A DNA stretch of 64,000 nucleotides from Lama guanicoe. Taxonomy: Eukaryota. The notes under the pieces are model-generated. The model saw only the letters and a list, made by a program, of their open reading frames with translations. It was not told where the DNA came from and ran no database searches. The stretch's first letter is position 1. Each line of letters opens with the position of its first letter. The translations under genes and the position numbers were made by a program. Shown here piece by piece: positions 42,430-54,889 of this stretch. Location: NCBI GenBank assembly GCA_013239625.1, contig MU054323.1, forward strand, positions 18,928,819 through 18,992,818, in the 5' to 3' direction.

Positions 42430-42944
42430 TGCTTTAAAATATAGCTTTTATTTTTGTTTAGGTAGAGCAAGGCCAACAGATCAGGAGATTTGTTATACTC
42501 GTGGATCCCAGGAGAAGAAGGCGTGGCACACCATGGAGGGCCACACAAGGAAGCACCGGGATCAGTCAGGAGGCAGAGGGAGCAGGAGCCTTTGCTGTGG
42601 TTTCTATGGGAAAGAGTGGGCAAGCGAGGGGAAGTAGGCTGTAAGTAGTAAGTAAGCAATTCCTGACGAGTTTGACTAGTTTCAGCGGATTTAGGGGCAT
42701 AACAGCTATCTCTAGCTGTCTGGTACTTGGCCCTGAGGTGATTAGGGAAGGGCAGTAGTGACCCAGGTGTAAGCGTATAAAGGAGGTGGTTAGAGATATG
42801 GACTTTGGTCTGGTTGGTTTCTGTATAAAATGTGTGGGTGAGCAGTTTGCTGGAATTAGCTAGCCCTGGAAGAAGCAGTCTCTCTAGAGTCAGCAAGGCC
42901 CTAAGATGTCAAAGCATCAGAAAATATGAGCCATATGTAATACA
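42430..42944 (-). mobile_element. ERVL LTR (MER74-like)
   Basis: Minus strand tgtatta...ttgacatcttagggccttgctgactctagagagactgc...ccagggctagctaattcc matches the recalled MER74 start. Confidence 0.85.
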
Positions 42945-43050
42945 TTAAAGTTTCTACATTTTAACAGTTCGTGGGACTATACAAAACAATAAATAAACTG
43001 AAACACACTGGCAACAGCAAAATTCACTATCTATGAGGGAATTACACTGC

Positions 43051-43160
43051 ATATATATATTTAGTCTATCTATATATCTATAAATATATATATATACATA
43101 TATATCTATAAATATATCTATATCTATATCTATCTATCTATCTATATATAGTCTATCTAG
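43051..43160. repeat. (TA)n/(TCTA)n compound simple repeat
   Basis: Direct reading. Confidence 0.9.
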
Positions 43161-43235
43161 GATAGTTAGCAAGGGTTAACCTTACAAATGTATCTATAAA
43201 ATCAACCAAACTACTTCTACCTGCTAGTTATGGGA

Positions 43236-43640
43236 TGTCTGTTGTCAAAGTCCTCCAGCCAAAGACCATGAGGAACACATGCATAGTTGAACGGGATGGG
43301 CTGGCTTCTAACTGCAGGGAGGGAGAATGTGCGGCATGGGCAACTGTAGGGCAGGAGGGTGTCATAAAGGATTTGGATGTGGGTTGGTGGTGATTTTGGG
43401 GAGAGTCCAAAACAATGGAAGTTGGTCTGGATTGGGTGTTGTCTGAGATTGAGGGCAATTCTAAACATAGTTATCTCAACAGATCTTATCCGTAGAGAGG
43501 GGCAACTATCAGGGGTAATAGGCAAAAGGTAAAGAAGCAGCCATCGTTCGTATTCACTGTGAGGGATGAGAGCCATCAAGGTCACAGAGTCTCCTGGTCT
43601 GATGTGGACATTCTGTGAAATCATTTATGCTCCAATACCA
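43236..43640 (-). mobile_element. Old ERV1 LTR (MER89/MER90/MER110 group)
   Basis: tgttgtcaaagtcctccagccaaagaccatgaggaacacatgcatagttgaac; minus strand catcagaccaggagactctgtgacc. Confidence 0.65.
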
Positions 43641-43737
43641 ATACCTAGCTGGGGGTGCCAGGCCAGCTCCTACATGTCAAAGGTTGCTTTTTTTTTTCTG
43701 ACTATAATGTATCAAGCACTCAACTTGTGTATGCATG

Positions 43738-44357
43738 CAGTCAATTTTCATTGTTTGTGGATAGTCACAAAGTCACCGGCAACACTGAATTAACGCATAT
43801 TGAAGCTTATCTCCTATGGGAAATACAGGGTGAGGGTCCCGTGAGCCACTAATATCATTTTTGTCAGCTAATTGATATGTAGTTTTGTTCCATGTGTATT
43901 TCTGTTTAAAACAGAGACACCTTATTTTTGACTCACTAATATTGAACTCACAGCACTGTAACTCAAGCCTGAACACAGTTGGTCTCAACGTGTTTTTTTT
44001 TTTTTTGCCTATAAGACACATCATACACTTCTTGCATTTAGAAATATTAGCACACCTATCATTCGAGGGCCATTTTAAACTGCAAAATCACCACGAAAAA
44101 GCATTAAAATGCCAAAAATGTAAAACTGTACAGACCACACTTGTTACATGATGAGAGCTGAGACAAGAGGGCAGGGCACAGCCTTCTCGAACTCAGCTGG
44201 GAAGGTGCACATTGGAGGATTCAGCCTTTTTGCTGCTTTGTGCCCACCCATGCATGGCCACAAAGAAGCCACAGTCATTGATTTGGGGGTTACAAACAAA
44301 TTTTAGTGACTAGGCAGATTTACAAATAGAGAATCTACGTATAAGGAGGATTGACTG
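43738..44357 (-). mobile_element. MER82-like Tigger-family MITE
   Basis: ~620 bp with inverted termini cagtcaat...attgactg. The internal sequence matches the recalled MER82 consensus. Confidence 0.8.
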
Positions 44358-44379
44358 TCTAAATTATCTCTAATCCTCT

Positions 44380-44530
44380 GATTCAGTAGCATTGAACTGA
44401 AAAAACAAAACAAAACAAAAACTAAGGCAAAATGAAATTATGTCCTCTGCTCATGGTCTCTGGAAGAGTCAGAATTTGAACCCAAATCTGTTTGAGTTAA
44501 AGTCTTGTTCTTTGCATCACACCATACTGC
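44380..44530 (-). mobile_element. MIR fragment
   Basis: aaaactaaggc...gagtcagaatttgaacccaaatctgtttga...cacaccatactg. Confidence 0.65.
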
Positions 44531-46229
44531 TCCCATTTTGAATGAGGATGTATTCTCTTTAGACATCAAGGCCTTTTCTTAAATTTAAAAAGGACATTGT
44601 AGGTAATATTTCCAACATATCAGTGTATTAGTTCTATCAAGCACAATAATTTGGTAAGTGGTATAATTTTTTTAAATAAGTATTAAATGCAAATTATTGC
44701 AATTCAATCACCACAGAATGTAATGCCTGCTTGTGTCAGACAGGTTCAGTAATTACAGGACACTGTGATTAAGGGAGTGACTAAAATACTTCTTTTAGAA
44801 ACTGCAGGAGGCCACTAATTTATCTAAGAGTTTATTGTTTGAATCTGGAAGCAATGCTACAGCCTTAAATATTGCATATTAGCTTTCCACATGAGATGGG
44901 CTGAATTCCAATACAAAAATGTGTCAGAAAACCATACCTCCCTATTATTATTTGCCTACCAAAGGTTGAGTTAACTAGAATTCAGACATTTGGCTGGAGT
45001 CTGACAATTTAATACAAAGATTTCAAAGACTGGAAATCTTTCTGCAGTGTCCTCAAAATATGATATTTCTTTCCTCACTCCTAAAGCTGTTTCCTGGTAA
45101 GGACTCAGTCTACTGCAGAAAACTGTGTCACTTAAAGATCCTACATTATTAAGACATTATGAGTCATAAATGCAGAATACTTGCTGATGGGAGTAAAGAG
45201 GAATGAAGAAACATGCATTATTGAGTAGGGGAGAATTAATTACATAGACTAGTCTTTTGGGAATATCAAACTCAAATGGTAAGCATTCAAAACATGGTCA
45301 GCTCTACTCTTTTTCTAGGCTTCAGAAATGATGGTTACTGTAGTATACTAGGAGTTAGCTCTCAGAAAATAATGAATTATTGAGCTATACAATGTATAAA
45401 TTACTCGCAAAAATGTGCTATGACATGCTAGTTTCAATAAAATAAAATGTCAAGGATACAACATACTCTCATGATTTTTTAAATCATTGTATATCCCATT
45501 GCTTATTTTTTCAAACCATTGCTGACTCAAGCATATTCAAGGTCAGTTTTAAAATTTTAAATTGTCTTGTTCATTATGCTAAAAATTGCTTTTTCCCCCC
45601 TCCCTTATCTGTCCTTTTAATACCTGTCCTGAAAGCAAATAACAGGCAAACCAAGCTCAGAGATGAAAGCCTAAATAGGTACAGAACTATGTTTCTTCAT
45701 CTACATACTGATATTTTTGTACATTTGGTTAGCCATTTCATGAGAATAATTCTCACCACCCCTGTGGTGTCAGAGATACCTCTTACCTAAACTCAGGTTG
45801 TTTTTGTTTTGTTTCCAGCTTTCCATCTTTTGTTTGTGTATTACATTGTTCTCTTTTTTCTTATATTTAAATATCCTGCTATTTTTCTGCAACAAAATTA
45901 TATAAGTATCAAAATAAAATATGCAAATATATGTAAATTAATTTTTCTCTAACAAGGCTGTTACGGTTTTCAGCAGTTCAAATTCACTAAATTTTCTACT
46001 TTCTGGCATAACTGAATAGAAGCTATATGGATTAATAAAATATTTGGGGTAACAAGTAAGAATATAAGCATACATAAGTCATAATTTTATTTCTTATTGA
46101 CTTACTTTAGGGCAGTTCAGGTCTTTCTGGTCTTCATTCCATTATGCTTATTAACATAGTGCTAAGGCCATCCAACACAAGGGAGGGGGCCGAGTTAGGT
46201 AACAGCTGAGCTTCCTCCATTCTGTACTG

Positions 46230-47015
46230 TGTTTTTGTGCATAAACAGAGGGGCACATTTCTGTTCAGACCTTTTGCACACTGTTTAAGTTGGGTTGGCT
46301 TTATAAAAATTGTTCTGTAGGAGTTTTTAATATTCTAAATTTCATGTCCTGTATCACAAATTTATCGCAAATACGGTATTGCTCACCTTTTAATTATCTT
46401 TGTAGTTTTAGTTGATGACATTTTATTTTACTTTTTTACATTTAGTTCTACATTCTACCTGTAGTAGGTTTTTGTTTATCATAGGAGGCAAGGAATAAAA
46501 TTATTTATTTTTTACCTATGAATATACAATTGACCCACATCATTATAAAAATCACCAAAAGAAACCTTTCTCCTCTCCATCCCAGTGATGTCATTGTCAT
46601 AAATCAAATGATCACGTATTTCTGGGCTTCCTGTCCAGTTCTTTTGGCTTATTTGTCATCTTTGCTAAACTAGACGCATGTGGTTATTAATTACTGTGGT
46701 GTTCTAATATCTTTATATATTTTAGTAAAATTCCTTCAGATTGTTCTTATTCTTCGACATTATGTTGACTAGTTTTGAACCTTCCTGTTTTCGTATGTAA
46801 GTTCAATTCTACCAAAATAGTACTGGGATTGGATTAAACTGAACTAGAGAAGGATTTGGGTAGACCTGACATCTTTGCAATATTTAGTTTTCCAATTCAT
46901 TAATGAGATGTAATGTTTCAGTTACTTAGGTCTTTCACAGTTTCTCTAAGTAATATTTTGTAATTTTCTCAGTAGTTGTTTAAGCATCTTATATTTAATT
47001 TATTCTTTGGTATTG
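46230..47015 (-). mobile_element. Old L1 ORF2 fragment
   Basis: T-rich decayed L1 antisense motifs (gacatctttgcaatatttagttttccaattcat). Confidence 0.65.
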
Positions 47016-48739
47016 GATAGCAAGATGTTACTCTGTAGAAATATACCGTTAAGTTGTAGGTGAAAATGGGTAACTAATATTTGGAGGGTATAATTAGGAT
47101 ACACTACAGTGTTTGCATCATTTTGCAAGTGCAAGTGTTACACTTTAGACTGAGCTGTTCAGCTTAGTTCAGTCATGCACAGATTTATGTAAAATCTTGT
47201 TTTGGAAAAGGCATTCTGATAATCTAAGGAAATATGACATTGCTTATCAGTATTTAATTACTTGTGTAATTGGTAAAGTGTTATTGGTATTTCTACTCAT
47301 ATTAGATATGACATAGTTGTAACCAATCTGGAAAATTTTATTTATACATTGGTTTTACATAAACATATGTTACATCATGACAATTTAATTATATTAGTCA
47401 AGAAATATTACTGTCAAGTCTGTCCTCATTGGAACTTCACCAACACCCATCTTTTAACTCTGATGAAAAGTTATATCAAAAAGCAAATTATAATCAGAAT
47501 GACACTTGGTGAGCATGAAATTAGAGAAAGAAGAATTAAGCAGATAATCAAATGGCTTTGGAATCTGATAACCTAATGAATTCACATGATTTCACTTTAT
47601 AATCACCCAAACTGAATCAGTTAAGCTTATAAACATTTGGTATCTGTAATGGTTAAGAGCTAAAATATACAAATTGTGCTACAAACTGTGCATTGTATGG
47701 ACATCATAGCTTTAATATTCTTAGTATGATTCATGTCTGAGCTGTTAGGCACATATTGATGATGATGATGATGATGATAAGGTACAAACAGCAGTAATAA
47801 TTATAGTTTATCACACTGTATATAAGGGGAAATCAAAGGTCAATAAAATAAACTCAACTAGGCCCTCAAAACATGTCTTCAAAAAGAATTTCATATTGTT
47901 TCTAATCAAATAAAATATCCTTAATTTGTCTTAATATTTAACTACAATACCCAACAAATAGAAAGAAAGGATAAGATGCCAGCAAAAACCCATTTTATTT
48001 TTAAGATAGAAGTTTATTCATAGGTGACTATTATTTACATTTTACAAATTTATAGAGCTTACCACGTCTCAATTGTAGTAGAAGGTAAGTTCCATAAGGT
48101 AGAAACTTCAGCTGTCATAATCACCCTTATGTTCTTAGAATCTTGCCTGTCAGAAATCCTGCTTAAAAAATAATTGCAGAATGACTATGTGCCTGAATAT
48201 ATAAAAGTGTTCATGAAATACTGTTGCCAGAAAGTTAAAACTGATTTTGAAATTTTTCACGTTAAAGTAGCATTTTAGTCATCTATTTTCCACATATTTG
48301 TAACACACTTGCTATATGCATGGCGTTATGTTGGGCACGGTCAAGAATGTAAGTGGAAAAGATAAGACAGTATGTAAGTAATCATTATTGATTTTATTTA
48401 TTTTTAAAAATAAATCTTTTGTGCCCCTAAAATAATGCATGCAGATTAATAAAAACTTGAGAATATAAAAGTCAAATATAAAGAAGATATTTCGGTCCCA
48501 AACTGAACTAAAATCACTGTCAATATTTTGATGTAGTCGTTTTAATAATTGGCATATGTATATGTCTATGTCAATTATTAAAGAAATTAGGCTTTCTAAT
48601 AAAAATACAAAGAATTAGGCTTGTTTTTCCAAAGCATTGTTTTGCTTGCTTTGGCAACTTACTGTATGTGAAGTATTTTCTCATATTACTTAAAGTGTGG
48701 GGGTGCACATAATTTTAATGATGCAAAAAGCTCATCATA

Positions 48740-50180
48740 ACTGCTCATTTATTCATTGATTCCCCTGTTTGTTCATTAAACAAATATTCATCGAGACTCT
48801 ACAAGGTTTGGGGTCATCAAGACCCAAGCACAATTTTAGATAAGCAAAACAAACCTCCTGCTTTCGTAGAGTTTACATTTTACTGAAAATCCACAGAAAA
48901 TAAACATATATGCAAATAGCGGTGTGTTAGGTGGCAGTGCAGTGGAGCAGGGTATGTAGAACAGGAGGAGGAAGAGGTGACTGAAGTGAAGGCTGTCTTA
49001 TAGAGGGTGGTCAGGGAAGGATTTTCTGGTGGGGTAACATTTGAGTAGGAAACTGAATAAGTGAAGGAGCCACTCATCATTATCTGAAGGAAATGCCTGT
49101 AGATAGCATTATTGCAAATGCAGAGGCAGGACCAGGCCTGAAGCATTTGTGGGATGAGGAGAGCCAGTAGATGGTGAATAAAAAGTCAGAACGAGAGAGT
49201 AACAGGGCTGCAGAGGCCACATCAAGATTTTGACTTTTCTCTTTCTCCAAGGATAGTCATTTGGAGGGTTTTGACCACAGAAATGATTTGACGTGACTTA
49301 CATTGTGGAATGATCACCACGTGGCTTTTCCATGAAGGGCAGACCATAGGGAGGCAAAGTGAAAACAGGAGAATGTGTAAGAATCATGCAATAATCTGGT
49401 GAGCAATGAAGGTGGCTCGAACCAGTGTGATGGGGTAATGGGAAACAGTCACTTTCTGTGAATAATCTGCTTTACAGACCTGACAGGCTTTGGTGACTGG
49501 GCATTGTAGGGTAGGAATAAAAGAGAGCTATAAAGCATGATGGAGATTTTGGCATGAGCAAATGAAACTAGGGAGTTGCCTGAGATGGAGAAAGAGCAGG
49601 TTTAAGGGAACTCAGCAATTCTGTTTGGAACTTGTTAAATTTTACGTGAGTGCTTGAGATTCAAATGGCAATGTTGAGAATTTGAGATTGGATCTCAGTG
49701 AAGTAATGTGGGCCAGAGATAGAACTGTGGGAGTTTGCAGTGAATTGATGGTGTTTTCAAGACTCGGCATTAGAGATGATTCAAAAGACTGTATGAAGAG
49801 AGAGAGAGGCGTTCCCAGCTTCAAGCTTGCAGCCAACACATTGAATTCAGGAATATGAGAAGGTCTGGTACAGGGAACAAAAATGAGAGGCTGGATTATT
49901 CAAAGAGAGTGGTGTCCCAAGGAAGAAAATGAAGAAAGTGTTTTTTAAAAAGGATGAACTGATCAAGAGTTTCAAATTCTGCTGTCAGATGAGCTAATAG
50001 GAGAGTTAAGAAATAACCATTGTATTGACAGCTGGAAGGCTTTAGCGACTGTGGGGAGGGTTTTGGTAAGTGGTGGGTGAAAATGTGATTAGCATGTGTT
50101 TAAAATAGAGTGAGAGTAGAGAAATTGGAAAAACTAAAATATAAATTAACCATTTGAGAAAATTTTCTGAAAAGGGATCT
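48740..50180 (-). mobile_element. LINE2 fragment
   Basis: Starts with the antisense L2 tail (attcattgattc...aacaaatatt). Purine-rich body includes gtggtcagggaagg...gtaacatttgag and ttggagggttttga. Confidence 0.85.
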
Positions 50181-50317
50181 GGATAGATTGTGTATTATCA
50201 GGAAGGAAAAGAAGGGCTTATTTGAAAACAGGAGATAGAAAGCTACATACCAGCTGTAGATGTCCCCTTTTTTCAAGAAAACAAAATCATTTGGAATAAA
50301 ATGCTGTAAACTTACAC

Positions 50318-50482
50318 GTCTCATTGGTCAGACTGTGCTTCATGGCCACTCCCGCCAGCAAGGGAGGCTGGGAGAGTGACTGCCTATCTGGGAGCATTGC
50401 TTCTCTGGATATAATCAAGATTGTGTTAACAAGGAAGAAAGGGTGAACACATACTGGGAGGCAACAAACAGAATCTGTTAGA
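50318..50482 (-). mobile_element. MaLR LTR fragment (MLT1J-like)
   Basis: tctcattggtcagactgtg...gcaagggaggctgggagagtg...aaggaagaaagg. Confidence 0.7.
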
Positions 50483-50583
50483 AACCCTATGAAGGGCCAA
50501 TACTGTGTTTCATCATGTGCAGCTTTCTTTGTTCATGGATGCTAAATAGAAGCAGACTTTTTGTTCATCTTATCAACTCGCCT

Positions 50584-50955
50584 GAATAAAGAGGGAGAAA
50601 ATGGCTTTATGTGTTTGCCATCTGTGATAAGGTCCTAATCGCTAATTTTTTTTAACCCACACTCCATTTCCTGTTTTCCGTATCCACTGACAACCTAACT
50701 ACCTAGTTGCCACCTACAGACCTCTCCATACTACTTTTCCCTCAGAATACACTTCTTATTTTGTCACTGTCTTGAAAACTTAAACTCATTTTAGGGCAGA
50801 ACAGCTGTCATTTTCAGTTTTTATATTCCCAGTTTATTAGAACCATGATACAATGTAGGCAGTCTACAAAATTTGGTTGAAATAGTGAAAACGGAATCCC
50901 AGAGCAGCTCTGCACAAGGCTGAAGACTTCCTTTACTCATCAGAGGGAGATTATA
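50584..50955 (+). repeat. Left arm of inverted duplication
   Basis: Reverse complement of 52012-52369. The inner 91 bp match at 87 positions. Confidence 0.95.
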
Positions 50956-51096
50956 AGTGGAAATCTCACTGGGTTCACTCAATTGATTTAAATATTTAAT
51001 TATTGTAGTTGCATTACCATTAGTTAAGGACTAGCTTGAAGGTGAATTAGTTTGGACTTACAGACCCTAGAGCCATGTGAAAACAATTATAGACAT

Positions 51097-51144
51097 CCCT
51101 AACCTAACCCTAGACCTAACCCTAACCCTAACCCCAACCCTAGT

Positions 51145-51177
<33 letters not shown>

Positions 51178-51339
51178 CAACCCCAACCCTAAGCCTAGCC
51201 CCAACCCAAACCCTAGCCCTAACCTTAACCCCAACCCTAGTCCTAACTCTAACCCTAAACCCTAACCCTAACCCCAACCCTAACCCTAGCCCCAACCCAA
51301 ACCCAAACCCTAACCCTAGCCCTAACCCTAACCCTAACC
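51097..51339 (-). repeat. Interstitial telomeric sequence, degenerate (TTAGGG)n, ~40 units
   Basis: (CCCTAA)n on the plus strand with CCCCAA, CCCTAG, CCCAAA and CCCTAAA variants. Confidence 0.95.
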
Positions 51340-51968
51340 GAGGTTTCTCCTAACTGCTTTGCCTCTACTCCACAAGCCCTTGAAGAGTTGCTAGAACTCG
51401 AGTTGCCGATGATTTCTCCAAGTCTTAAGTATGTCATAGTCATGCTATTTAAATACATGTTGAATTGCATAGCTCTAAAGTGTGTCTCAAGGACAGAGAA
51501 ATGCCCCCAAACCCTAGCTAACCCGATGTGAGACAGATGGCAAGTTCATAAGCCCAGCTCCCTAATTACCTATAAAGATTCATCTGGGATAGGTAACTCT
51601 ATCCCTAAAGTTACAGAAGCCACCTGCCTAGGTTATGTTTCACAGAGGCAAAATGAGGGGGGAAAGGATTTTCATAGCGTGGTTCTATGTAAAGAGGAAA
51701 TCATTTACTGAATGCTTGCCTATGAATAATTCTCAAATCTGTACACTTACTCTGAGCAAGTGATAAGTTAGGTGCTGTTAAAGAGAAATTTGCTAAAGAT
51801 AGAGGCATTATTACTCATGTTTCCCAGTCTCTCAATTTATGTACATTATTTCTGAGAATATGTGGCATTTTTAGTGAGCAAAAGGGGCTGATGTGTTCAG
51901 ATGCTCTTAAAAAGACAGAAATGTTTTCCTGGAAGTGACTCACTGTGTCAGTGCCTATTTCTGTGCCC

Positions 51969-52020
51969 AGTCTCAGGATGTTTGTGCATAAAGTCTCAGG
52001 ATGTTTGTGCATACAGTCTC
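51969..52020 (+). repeat. 23-bp tandem duplication
   Basis: agtctcaggatgtttgtgcata[a/c] x2 followed by agtctc. Confidence 0.95.
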
Positions 52021-52369
52021 CCTCTGAGGAGTAAAGGAAGTCTTCAGCCTTGTGCAGAGCTGCTCTGGGATTTCGGTTTCACTATTTCAACCAAGTTTTG
52101 TAGACTGCTTATATTGATCATGGTTATAATAAACTGGGGCTATAACTGTGAGAAAGACAGTTACTCTGCCCTAAAAAGAGTTTAAATTTTGAAGACAGTG
52201 ACAAAATAAGAAGATGTATACTGAGATTAAAGGAGCATGGAGAATTCTGTAGGTAACAACTTAGGTAGTGGATGGTTAAAACAGGGAATAGAATGTGGGT
52301 TAAAAAAATAGCAGTTAGGACCTTATCACAGATCACAAACACATAAAACCATTTTCTCCCTCTTTGTTC
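52012..52369 (-). repeat. Right arm of inverted duplication
   Basis: Reverse complement of 50584-50955. Confidence 0.95.
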
Positions 52370-53692
52370 CACTGTCTATTCTAATATAAATTTAGAGTTT
52401 TAAGACTTAACTCAAGAGCTAAATAAAACATTTATGAAACTCTTCTCCAACTTAACTGTAAGAATTAATTTTTATCCTGAAACTTTATTATTTTCTTGGG
52501 ATCTAGGCTTCCATTGGAGGTAGACCTGTGTCTTATATGTTTGTGCATCCCGTGGTGCCTTAGCACAGGTAGGCAGTATCAATTATCTTTCACAGATCCC
52601 TTCCAGTCTCATCTTTCGCCTTGCATTCTCCAGAACACTTGACAGTCCCTCCCAATCATTGACGTGGGCTGCATGTTGACCTTTGCTAACTCTACTTCTC
52701 TGTACCCTCTTCCATGTCTGCTACTTTTGTTTCTGTTGACTTGAATTCCAGGGATGCACATATTTTGACTTGCTGAAATCCTATGCAGTTAGGACATTGA
52801 CTACTTCAATCTAAGAATGCCAATGCTAAAAAGTACCCATATTATAATAGGCAGGGCTCTTCTCTCCATCTATCTGGTTATTTTGCAACAGTCAAAAATG
52901 TGATGTCAAAGTCTTGTTTGGAGAGGCTCCAAATTGGAAGCTGTATTTGAATTTTTAAACTCTCGTTGTGGTATGCTTTACAGTTAGTACTTATGATGAG
53001 AACCAATAGCCTTGATGCCTCTGATGTTTTCCATGAAGAGTTAATTTTGACATGTTGATTTACCTCTTCTAGATCTGACATTGTGGATTTTACTCTGGGT
53101 GACTTCAGAAGTCATGAACCTTTGATATGGCAGGTTTGTAGTTAGGTTCATGCAGGTAGAATTCTCAAAATGATTGCAAGAGCTTCAGATAATTGAAGTC
53201 TATGGGAAACCAGTGGAGTCTACTGTGTGTACAATGTGTTTAGAAAGTAAATCATGTGAGTATGTGTTAGTAAATATTAGCATGTATGTAATTTATATAC
53301 TTATATGTGTATGTCTATATATGTGTATATGTACATATATATGTATGTGTGTATTTTAATATACATTCAATTTTGGTGCTTTTGTGTCAGAGTCAACTAA
53401 TTTTGACAGAGTTTGTTGAGTCATTCTTATTCCCTTATAAGTTTATTATCTTCAGAAGAATATATGAGAAGTTATATAATAATGATAAAAATATTAGAAT
53501 ATGCTTCCCATACTTCCCCTGAAATGTGGAAACACTAATATATATCTTCTATTACTTTCTCAGGTAGTGAAGTGGCCCATTCCATATCTACTAGGATTTT
53601 TTTCCTGGACTTGCAACTCCCTAAGATGAGTTCCCTGATTACGTACATACCTTGATGTACCTTCATGCTGCCTAAATCAAAAGTCCCAGCCC

Positions 53693-53885
53693 TCTGATAT
53701 TTGGGGCTGGATAGTTTTTGTTGGGCGCACATATGGCAGGGGATTTCCTGTGCATTGTGGGATGTTTAGCAGCATCCCTGACTGTTACTAACTAGATGTT
53801 GATAGGACCCCACTCTCAATCAGTGACCATCAAAAATGTCTCCAGACATTCCCACGTGTCCCCTCAGAGGCAAAATCACCCAGGT
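53693..53885 (+). mobile_element. MER20 hAT-Charlie element
   Basis: ttggggctggatag...cctgtgcattgtgggatgtttagcagcatccctg...aaaaatgtctccagacatt...ggcaaaatcacc. Confidence 0.9.
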
Positions 53886-54889
53886 TCTATTTCTTGCCAT
53901 AAATAATGAGACTTGTGCTTAGTTTAGGTCTATACCATTAGCTACAAAAAGACCCTGGGCAAGTCATTGAAACTCTTAATTGCTTATGATCCTATCTTAA
54001 AAAAAATGAGTTTATCAACCGATTGTCTACATCATAGTGTAGAAGTGAGAATGAAAAATAAATGCCATAATAGAGATGGAGATAGCTATAAAAAATAATA
54101 CTTACGTGTTTTTCTTTCTTTCTTTCTTTCACAAAATGGATATTTAAAAGACATTAAACCCTATTTCAAGCAAAATTTGAGCTGAAGGGTTAATTTTGCC
54201 TGAAATATGTGTGTAATTGGAATGATTTTTACTTGAGTCTTCTAGCCCCATAATGCTAAGCAAGCTGCCCTAACACTGCTGGCATCATGCCCTCATGGAA
54301 TGGATGCCCATAGCACAGCATCCAACCGCAGCAGCTGCCCTCATTTCACAGAAGGGAAAGACAAACAGCACGTGCCCTAAGGTTGCTTATGGGAAGCCAC
54401 GCCAAGTGCAGGCAGGAAGGAGTCCAAGTTGCCAGCCCATTGTGTAGGAAACTGAGATTCCCCACACAGTCCCCTTCACCTCCAATTCCTAGCATGTTCA
54501 GCAGTCACTGAATTAAGATAACAAATCAATTTCAAGCTACAAATGCTCTTGGTAAATAGAACAAACTGCTGCCAGTTGACTGGCTCGATGACACACCACA
54601 GCATGACAGGCATGGAAATTTCACCACCCGTGAGACAGGACAGAGTTCATCCAATTAACGTGCTGGTAAGGTCTAACCTCAAGTGTGGAAAATGTCTCTG
54701 CTGCATGTTCTTGTAGCTGCGCTGACCTTTGTGCCCTTGTCCGCAAAGTCAATTAAACAACAAAGTGAAAGCTTCAAGCGTTTTCAGAAAACTCTTGAAG
54801 TTTCTACAAGTTACCTTTTGAAGAAAATAAATTATTCCAAGTTTGAATAAATAATCTTCATTATTAAAAAAAAAAGTCCCAATGTCCCC

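Noticed and set aside
42396..43624. 166-aa and 135-aa minus-strand ORFs
   Set aside because: They lie within old LTRs and show no protein-family features.
47149..47170. Small hairpin actgagctg-tt-cagcttagt as an ncRNA or miRNA
   Set aside because: The stem is only 9 bp, which is expected by chance in 64 kb.
51097..51339. Chromosome end-to-end fusion site, or captured telomerase RNA (TERC) fragment
   Set aside because: The repeats run in one orientation with no head-to-head switch, and I recognise no TERC-like sequence in the flanks.
51077..51470. ORFs with NPNPNP, LTLT and VRVR repeats
   Set aside because: They are translations of the telomeric hexamer array, with no evidence of a gene.
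50584..52369. Large DNA transposon with long TIRs
   Set aside because: There is no TSD or recognisable terminal motif and no transposase, and the arms appear to contain an old L2-like tail.
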